A program made the position numbers and the translations under genes. 41,692 nucleotides of DNA from Pseudomonadota bacterium. Lineage in GTDB: Bacteria; Bdellovibrionota; FAC87; UBA2466. Positions 10,515 through 16,620 of this stretch are shown piece by piece. A model generated the notes under the pieces. The model was not told the origin of the DNA, did no database searches, and worked only from the letters and a program-made list of their open reading frames with translations. The stretch's first letter is position 1. Each line of letters starts with the position of its first letter. The stretch is taken from the NCBI GenBank assembly GCA_043740655.1, contig JAYUBV010000350.1:1-41692 (forward strand). Direction: 5' to 3'.

Positions 10515-10904
10515 ATGTTCCCAAAGAAAGTCGAAAATCCCGCCGTAGGTAAAGCCGACCGTAAGAAGCCGCCGCGCACTTACGCGATCATCGACCAAAA
10601 GGGCTGCACCGGATGCCACGCTTGCATCCCCGTTTGCCCGGTTGACTGTATCGAGCAGGTTCCCGGTGAAACGCATCCGGACTTCATGCGCTTGGTGGAA
10701 GTGGATCTCGAGCGTTGTATCGGCTGCGAGATGTGCGCGAATATCTGCCCGTGGGAAACCATCTTTATGGTGCCTCCCGGCGAGACCGAAGAAAAAGCCC
10801 GCGAATGGACCCTACGGTCCATTATGTACCAGGGCGTCGGCGAAGGCGTGGAGCCGGTTGCGGCTCCGGAAGCGTCTGCCACCCCAGAGCCGCAAGACAA
10901 ATAA
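10515..10904 (+). CDS. 2x[4Fe-4S] ferredoxin-type protein
   Basis: Two CxxCxxCxxxCP motifs: CTGCHACIPVCPVDC and CIGCEMCANICPWE. It lies 9 nt after lipB and is the last gene of the plus-strand operon. Confidence 0.85.
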   Translation: MFPKKVENPAVGKADRKKPPRTYAIIDQKGCTGCHACIPVCPVDCIEQVPGETHPDFMRLVEVDLERCIGCEMCANICPWETIFMVPPGETEEKAREWTLRSIMYQGVGEGVEPVAAPEASATPEPQDK

Positions 10905-10907
10905 GGT

Positions 10908-11246
10908 TTACTGCGCGCGGCAGCCGACCGAACCGTAGACGTCGTAAACCGCCGGTCCCGACGGTTTGTAATATATGCAAACGCCGCCGCCGCTTCCCTG
11001 CGAAGAGAACGCGCCTTTGTTTTGCTCGCATACGGATTTCAGTTCAGTGGCTTTTTCCGCCATCTTCACCCGTGCCGCACTCTCGGCCTGCGCGCACGCC
11101 GAGGCCTTGGGCCCCGTGGCCTGCGCACGGCCGGAGACCTGCTTGGACCAAGGCGGAGTCGGGAAATCGCTCACGGCGTTGGCCTGGGTAAGCAGACATT
11201 GGAATAGAACCAAGGGGATCAATTTTGAGAACAGATTTAGTTTCAT
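10908..11246 (-). CDS. Small secreted 4-cysteine hypothetical protein (112 aa)
   Basis: AGGAGG lies 7 nt upstream of the ATG at 11246. The signal peptide is MKLNLFSKLIPLVLFQCLLTQANA and the mature part has four Cys. The track ORF (to 11333) has a non-credible N-terminal extension. Confidence 0.6.
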   Translation of the reverse strand: MKLNLFSKLIPLVLFQCLLTQANAVSDFPTPPWSKQVSGRAQATGPKASACAQAESAARVKMAEKATELKSVCEQNKGAFSSQGSGGGVCIYYKPSGPAVYDVYGSVGCRAQ

Positions 11247-11278
11247 TGTGAAACCTCCTGAAGGTGATCGTGGCTCGC

Positions 11279-11341
11279 CCTTCCCCCTCGGTAAAGGGGA
11301 AGGAACAGTTCTAAGGTCGCGAGGTTCCAACATTTTGGAAC
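11279..11341 (-). promoter_or_regulatory. Two stem-loops between the glycerate kinase gene and the small secreted-protein gene
   Basis: On the minus strand, GTTCCAA-AATG-TTGGAAC (11324-11341) follows the TGA stop directly. CCTTCCCC-9 nt-GGGGAAGG (11279-11303) comes next. Neither has a clear U-tract, so the function (terminator, processing site or stabiliser) is unknown. Confidence 0.35.
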
Positions 11342-11342
11342 A

Positions 11343-12395
11343 TCAATTTCGGTTCAAATTGACGATGTAGTTTTCTACGGCGTGCCTTAGCGCCGCTTCT
11401 GCACTGGGCGTTTGGCCGACGGAAAATCCGGTAACGTGGGCGTCGTGCAAAAGTTTTTGCCCGGCATCGTCGATTTGGCCGGAAAAAACCACCGCCTTGG
11501 CCGGTCCGGCTTTTAACTGCGATACGATCTCGCCCACCAATTTTCCCTGCAGCGTTTGCGCATCGGTTTTTCCTTCGCCGGTGAACACGTGGCTGTGCAA
11601 CGTAATCAACGTAGAGAACTCGATGGCTTCGAGAAACGCTTGGGCCCCCGGCACCACCTTCGCGCCGAGCGGACCTAGGAAGGCAGAACCGAGCCCGCCT
11701 CCCGATCCGCCGTGCGGTTTGTCGCCGACGCCTAAAAGCTTGCCCCAGTTTTCCATTCCCGCTTCGAGCTTCTCCACCTCTTCCGGGCTAGCGCCCTTTT
11801 GTGGCGCAAAGGTACGCGCGGAACCCAGGGGACCCACTAAAGGATTTTTCACGTCGCACCAGGCAGTAAGCTCCATTCCCGAAATCAAATTTTCAGTCGG
11901 GGGTGTAATCGAACGAATGTTGGCCAGTGAAGCACCGTCGCCGTAAGATCCGGGCATTTGGTAACCTAAGGCCTGTAGCATTCCTGAGCCACCATCGCTG
12001 GTCGACGTATCGCCAATGCCGATGGTGACGCGCAGAACGGGATCGGAAAAACAGCGCCGGATGAGGATTAAAAGTTCGCCCAGTCCGCGCGTGGTGGACT
12101 TCATGGCGTTGCGACGATCCGCGGGCAGCGAACAGACGGAGGCGCATTCAACGAAGAGAGAGCGATCGCGAAACTGCAAGACGTCGGCTTCCACGGGTTC
12201 GCCCATCGGGTCGCGAGATTTAATTTTAAACTCCCGACCGCCCTTGGCTTTGTAGAGACCGACCAGCGTTCCCTTACCGCCGTCGCCGGCCGGCAGCTCT
12301 TCAAAGCCGATGCCCTTCATGGCGAGTGCGACCGCAATGGTGCGGCAGGCATCCAGGGCCGAAAGCGTGCCTTTGAAAGCACTCATCAAAATCAA
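11343..12395 (-). CDS. Glycerate kinase family protein
   Basis: SAFKGTLSA (the DSFKGS motif), TTRGLGELL, GIGDTSTSDGGSGMLQALG, NPLVGPLGSARTFAPQKGA and TGEGKTDAQTLQGK match the GarK/GlxK family. The canonical N-terminal KIVIAPD strand is missing. The start is either TTG 12395 or ATG 12386. Confidence 0.8.
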   Translation of the reverse strand: MILMSAFKGTLSALDACRTIAVALAMKGIGFEELPAGDGGKGTLVGLYKAKGGREFKIKSRDPMGEPVEADVLQFRDRSLFVECASVCSLPADRRNAMKSTTRGLGELLILIRRCFSDPVLRVTIGIGDTSTSDGGSGMLQALGYQMPGSYGDGASLANIRSITPPTENLISGMELTAWCDVKNPLVGPLGSARTFAPQKGASPEEVEKLEAGMENWGKLLGVGDKPHGGSGGGLGSAFLGPLGAKVVPGAQAFLEAIEFSTLITLHSHVFTGEGKTDAQTLQGKLVGEIVSQLKAGPAKAVVFSGQIDDAGQKLLHDAHVTGFSVGQTPSAEAALRHAVENYIVNLNRN

Positions 12396-12420
12396 AACGG
12401 AATGGGGAAGCGGGTTGGGA

Positions 12421-12678
12421 TTAGTTATTGTCGTTGCCGATGGCTTCTACCGGGCAGGCCGCCATCGCCTCATCGCATTGGCGAGCTTCGTCTTCGTTTT
12501 CGGGCTGTTTGTAGACGATGTCGTGATCCTGCTCGGCCGACTCCTTGAAGTTATTCGGAGCGGCTTCGGAGCAAACACTGCATAGAATGCATTTGCGATC
12601 GACGTACCACTTACCCGGTACGTTATCGTCGAATTTGTCGTTCTTGTCGGCCATGAGCGGTTCTGGTTTTACATCCAA
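12421..12678 (-). CDS. Small single-cluster ferredoxin
   Basis: KWYVDRKCILCSVCSEAAPNNF...CDEAMAACPVEAI is the typical pattern of a small [3Fe-4S]/[4Fe-4S] ferredoxin. The start is either TTG 12678 or ATG 12654. Confidence 0.8.
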   Translation of the reverse strand: MDVKPEPLMADKNDKFDDNVPGKWYVDRKCILCSVCSEAAPNNFKESAEQDHDIVYKQPENEDEARQCDEAMAACPVEAIGNDNN

Positions 12679-12714
12679 CCTTCCACCTTGAGAAGTCGAA
12701 AAGGTCGGTTAGGG

Positions 12715-13911
12715 TTAACTGGCTAAATCGCTTGGATAATTAGGGTCTTGCAGGTGGCTCGCTTTGGACACTTCTCGCGGAGTTTTGGGGGAGAGGAGGC
12801 TCAAGGCAATGTCCTTCCACCGGAACCAGGTCTTGTAGAAGTCGCGTATCTCGCCCCGCCGCTCGCGGAGTGAGGGTAGGTTTTTAGCCGCGTGGACTAC
12901 CCGGCCGGCAAAATCGACCGGATCGAGTGACGTCAGAATGAGGGGGCTCGTCTCGTAAAAGGCCTCATCGGTGAGGTGTCCCACGGTGGTGATCGTGGGC
13001 ACTCCGTGGGCTAACGCGGCGATGACCGAGGTCCGGCGCGTGCTGACGCCATCGTCGAATGCGGCTACCAACAGATCGATACTTTGCATCCAGCGCGACA
13101 CCGTCTCGGTGGGGAGGTAGCCGGTACAGTAGTGTGGAACGTTTTTAATTTTGGGGAATCGCATCGCGAATTCTTCGTCGGTCACGCCGATGAAAATCCA
13201 GTAGCAGGGAATTTTGGCTTTGGTCACCTCCTTCATCGCTTCGTTGAGACAGGGATAGTCTTTTCCCGCTCCGCCTAGGCTGAAAACGCCCAGCGCCACG
13301 TCGGTGGGAAACATGCTTAGTTCGCTACGATAGTGCTCCCGCTCACTCACCGTCACCGGAGTGATGGGGATATTGGAACCGACCGGCACCCAGTAAATTT
13401 TCTTGGCGGCCCATTTAAATCTCGTTTTCAACATCTTCACCCACGGCTGAATCGTGACCAAAACCGCGGCGCTACTCCACGTGAGAATTCCCAGCGCTAA
13501 ACGTTGAATGGGGCCGGTGATGAAAAAGCTGGGACGGCTCAGCTCCACGTAAGGCTCATGCACGATCGTGTGAATGCGCGCGCCGTCGATCTTGGCGAGC
13601 AGCATGGCCACCGCTAGTCCTATGCTCGTTCCTTTTTTCGAGTAAAGGTGAGGCACCCAATTTACTAAGATGAGCTCGGGTTTGCGCAGTGGAATTTCCG
13701 CGAGTAATGAGCGAATTCCCCAGAGTCCCCAGCTACTCACCACGTTAAGCACGCGGATGCCCGGTTCGGGCAAGCTGCTCGCCTGTTCTTTGCCGCAGAG
13801 GAGGGTGATTTCATGGCCTTGCGAGACAAGCTCGCGCGCCAGCTGAACGGAATAGTCCCCCACGCCGCAATGGGACGGAGGAATGCGGGCCGTAATGATA
13901 CAGATCTTCAT
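12715..13911 (-). CDS. GT-B fold glycosyltransferase (GT4-like)
   Basis: The N-terminus MKICIITARIPPSHCGVGDYSVQLARELVSQGHEITLL is typical of the Glyco_trans_4 domain. The C-terminal half has the donor-binding region (RRTSVIAALAHGVPTITT). Confidence 0.8.
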   Translation of the reverse strand: MKICIITARIPPSHCGVGDYSVQLARELVSQGHEITLLCGKEQASSLPEPGIRVLNVVSSWGLWGIRSLLAEIPLRKPELILVNWVPHLYSKKGTSIGLAVAMLLAKIDGARIHTIVHEPYVELSRPSFFITGPIQRLALGILTWSSAAVLVTIQPWVKMLKTRFKWAAKKIYWVPVGSNIPITPVTVSEREHYRSELSMFPTDVALGVFSLGGAGKDYPCLNEAMKEVTKAKIPCYWIFIGVTDEEFAMRFPKIKNVPHYCTGYLPTETVSRWMQSIDLLVAAFDDGVSTRRTSVIAALAHGVPTITTVGHLTDEAFYETSPLILTSLDPVDFAGRVVHAAKNLPSLRERRGEIRDFYKTWFRWKDIALSLLSPKTPREVSKASHLQDPNYPSDLAS

Positions 13912-13928
13912 GCGAGATCCCGATTATC

Positions 13929-14810
13929 TCACAGGCTGGGCGGTAGCGTTGCTTGCAGCCCGGCCGACGGCTTAACTGGCTTAGTCGGCTTCTTGGTCTT
14001 TGCCTTGGACTTTGATGGGTTCTTCCCTAGGTCTTTGGTAGTGATGAAATCCACTTGCGACAGCTTACCGATCTTCTCGAAGCGTTGTTTCTGCGCTTTG
14101 GTGTAGCGGCTTAGCTTTTCGACGACCAAGAATTTACGGTCGTGCTTAAGGGCGGCGACGGCGGTGGTGCCCACTCCGGAGAACGGGTCTAAAATCCAAT
14201 CGCCCGGGTTGGTTCCCAGCACGACTAAACGTTCGAGTAGGGCCAAAGGCTTCTGGCTGGGATGGCCAGCCACGCGTTCGCTTTGCGGCGTGATGGGCAT
14301 GGACCAAATGTTTCGCAGCTGCTTGCCTTCGTTGAAGGTCTTGGCGGTTTGGTAGTGAAAGGTCCAGTGGGACGCTTCTTTGTTGGTGTTGTTACATGCC
14401 CACACGAGCTGCTCGGAGCTTTCGGTTAACATGCGGCAGGTGATGTTGGGCTGCGCATTAGGCTTTACCCAAACGATGCTGTTCAAAATTTTAAGGTCCA
14501 GCTGCTGAAGGATGAAGCCCATCGTGTAGATGTTGTGGTACGTGCCGAATAGGTAGATGTTCCCGTTGGGCTTTACCACTCGGCAAACTTCCGTAATCCA
14601 CTTAAAGCAAAACCCGAAATACTCTTCTTTACTGAAGCGGTCCCACGCCTCTTGCATCGTCACGTGCTTGGAGAAGGCCCAGGAAAGGCCCTTCTTTTTG
14701 CTCATGTTGTACGGCGGATCCGCGATGCAGGCGTCAAAGGAACCGTTAGGTAGACGTGCTAAGACGTCGAGCGCGTCACCAAGAACGACCGTCGATTTTT
14801 TAAGTTTCAT
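13929..14810 (-). CDS. Beta-class DNA methyltransferase (N6_N4_Mtase family; DPPY, so probably N6-adenine), with no partner endonuclease
   Basis: Motif IV (ADPPYNM) is near the N-terminus. HPSQKPLALLERLV and motif I (LDPFSGVGTTAVAA) are near the C-terminus, giving beta-class order. There is a Lys/Pro-rich tail, KSKAKTKKPTKPVKP. The ATG lies 7 nt after the stop of the upstream diiron gene. Confidence 0.88.
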   Translation of the reverse strand: MKLKKSTVVLGDALDVLARLPNGSFDACIADPPYNMSKKKGLSWAFSKHVTMQEAWDRFSKEEYFGFCFKWITEVCRVVKPNGNIYLFGTYHNIYTMGFILQQLDLKILNSIVWVKPNAQPNITCRMLTESSEQLVWACNNTNKEASHWTFHYQTAKTFNEGKQLRNIWSMPITPQSERVAGHPSQKPLALLERLVVLGTNPGDWILDPFSGVGTTAVAALKHDRKFLVVEKLSRYTKAQKQRFEKIGKLSQVDFITTKDLGKNPSKSKAKTKKPTKPVKPSAGLQATLPPSL

Positions 14811-14817
14811 TGAGCAA

Positions 14818-15717
14818 TTAGTTTACGGTCGAAGAGATCTTCGGGAAAGGCAAAAAGCTCCGCGTAACGCCGAAACTTTCGTAGGCTCGTTCCACGTTTT
14901 CAAACACCTCTTCGAACATCGCCCGGCGATCTAGACCGACGAACTTGGCATCGCTATCGAGGGTGCGGGAGACCGTTTCGGTGAACTTCATGATGAAGAA
15001 CTGGGCGCTTTTCACGTAGGTCCGGCCGAACAGATTCAGGCGGTCCATGATGTCCGGCAGCACGATGTGCAAGAAGTGCAGATGACGGCTTTCGTCGGCC
15101 TGCAGCGACTTACAGATCTCCGCACCCATCGGATCGATGTTGGCGACCTTGGCGCGGCGTAGGAACGCGTGCGCAAAGTTTTCCGAGAACAAAGTCGAGA
15201 ACAACCAGTTTTCCACGCGGTAGAAGCCCATCGACGCGGCCTGACCAAGTACGTGGTATTTGTAATCATACTTCACCGGTGCGCCGAGCTTCTTTAGGTA
15301 GTTCTCCAGCACGAACACGTGCCGGGACTCATCGAAGCACTGGGCGGATAGGTAATAAGAGATCTCATCGCTTTTCAGTTTAGCGCTGGCCTTCGGCATC
15401 ATGTTGGCGATGACGTTGAGCCCCATCTTTTCGAGCGTGTAAAAAATCGTAACGAAGCGGATCCAGATACGGCGGGTCTCGTCATCCACCAGGATATTGG
15501 GTTCAAAATTGATCTTAGTAGGGGCAAACCACTGCTGCGCACTGGCCTGAAGGTACAGGCGGCGAATCTTCTGTTCGTTAACGCGGGCGCTATCGTTGAT
15601 GGACGGGCGTAGCATCATGTCCTGCAAGGCGGCATTGTCTGACATCAAGAAGCTGGCGGATAGCCCTTCGCGCTTAGGCGGTAAGGTCGGGGGGATGTTC
15701 TGTTCCATATTACGCAA
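14818..15717 (-). CDS. Ferritin-like diiron-carboxylate protein (E...DExRH x2; R2 / soluble desaturase / oxygenase superfamily)
   Basis: The four-helix ligand pattern is FYTLEKMG, QCFDESRHVF, FSENFAHAF and LQADESRHLHF. This is the duplicated E-x(n)-DExRH signature of class I diiron-oxo proteins. The start is either TTG 15717 or ATG 15708. Confidence 0.65.
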   Translation of the reverse strand: MRNMEQNIPPTLPPKREGLSASFLMSDNAALQDMMLRPSINDSARVNEQKIRRLYLQASAQQWFAPTKINFEPNILVDDETRRIWIRFVTIFYTLEKMGLNVIANMMPKASAKLKSDEISYYLSAQCFDESRHVFVLENYLKKLGAPVKYDYKYHVLGQAASMGFYRVENWLFSTLFSENFAHAFLRRAKVANIDPMGAEICKSLQADESRHLHFLHIVLPDIMDRLNLFGRTYVKSAQFFIMKFTETVSRTLDSDAKFVGLDRRAMFEEVFENVERAYESFGVTRSFLPFPKISSTVN

Positions 15718-15733
15718 TCACTCCGTTCGGCTA

Positions 15734-15762
15734 AAAATAGGAGACCGTCAACGTTGAGTCAA
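15734..15762 (-). promoter_or_regulatory. Candidate sigma70 promoter for the diiron-methyltransferase-GT4-ferredoxin operon
   Basis: The minus strand reads TTGACT (15762-15757), a 17-nt spacer, then TATTTT (15739-15734). A GGAG Shine-Dalgarno and the start codon follow. It overlaps the 12-bp palindrome GTCAACGTTGAC. Confidence 0.4.
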
Positions 15763-15790
15763 AGTATGAGATTCTAGCAGTTTTCCAGCC

Positions 15791-16264
15791 TTATACCAGA
15801 TGCTGCAGCGAGTCGCTGTCCAGCATTAAGGTCACCGGCCCGTCGTTGACCAGCTCGATATGGAGATCCGACCCAAACGGGGTGCTAGAAACGCGGGTTC
15901 CTTCTAAGATCCCGGGGGCTTGGCGGATTAGGTGGTCGTAACACCGCATGGCGAGGTCACGGGGCGCCGCTCCAATGAAGGAAGGGCGGGTCCCTTTTCG
16001 GCAGTCCGCAAACAGGGTGAACTGCGAAACGAACAGGAATTCGCCCTGGGCATCCCGGGCCGAGAGATTCATCTTCCCTTCCGTATCCGAGAAAACCCGA
16101 AGCCCCTTTAACTTCCCCAACATGAAGTCGACCGTGCCTTCGGAATCGCTGGGGCCGATTCCCACCAAAACGAGCATCCCTTTACCGATGTTCGCTATAC
16201 AAGAAGTTGGCAGTGTGGTCGTGGCAGCCTGTGCACGCGCTACCCTTTGGATCAGTAGTTTCAT
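15791..16264 (-). CDS. dtd: D-aminoacyl-tRNA deacylase
   Basis: MKLLIQRV, GMLVLVGIG, SQFTLFADCRKGTRPSF and ELVNDGPVTLMLDS are all canonical Dtd blocks. Confidence 0.93.
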   Translation of the reverse strand: MKLLIQRVARAQAATTTLPTSCIANIGKGMLVLVGIGPSDSEGTVDFMLGKLKGLRVFSDTEGKMNLSARDAQGEFLFVSQFTLFADCRKGTRPSFIGAAPRDLAMRCYDHLIRQAPGILEGTRVSSTPFGSDLHIELVNDGPVTLMLDSDSLQHLV

Positions 16265-16374
16265 CTTCGATTCTCTTAAGCTTTCTTGCGTATTCTACTG
16301 CACGGATTCGTTATGTTCAGTTGCACTACAGGTGGGGCTTAATTTGCGGCGATTTTAGAATCGCTAATCATTCC

Positions 16375-16405
16375 CGCTTCGTCCGCCCGAAGCGTTTAAG
16401 TTTTT
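16375..16405 (+). terminator. Orphan intrinsic-terminator-like hairpin on the plus strand, with no upstream plus-strand gene
   Basis: CGCTTCG-tccgcc-CGAAGCG (7-bp stem) is followed by TTTAAGTTTTT. A second hairpin, GCGATT-ttag-AATCGC, lies at 16349-16364. Confidence 0.4.
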
Positions 16406-16620
16406 AACAGTAGGGTGACGCAAACTGGAAGTGATTACTACCCGTATACAGGCCCCTACAGGCCATTTAGAGCCTAGCCGCCACCCTGGAACACCGCTTG
16501 CACAATAAGCCTCCGAGATACCTGTACCGTCTCGGCCGACGCGATTCGTTTCGCACAAGGCTTAGTCGGGTGCAGGACAAAATGCAGTTTTTGAAGTTGC
16601 CCGTAAAGCAGGAGTTCTCG

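Noticed and set aside
10642-11191. Arg-rich plus-strand ORFs (98 and 158 aa) that overlap the ferredoxin gene and the small secreted-protein gene.
   Set aside because: They are out-of-frame or antisense to better-supported genes. They have no SD and an extreme Arg/Pro composition typical of non-coding frames.
13929-14810. The methyltransferase read as half of a type II restriction-modification system.
   Set aside because: No endonuclease-like ORF (PD-(D/E)xK, HNH or GIY-YIG) is recognisable within several kb on either side. Both neighbours have other clear folds (diiron and GT4).
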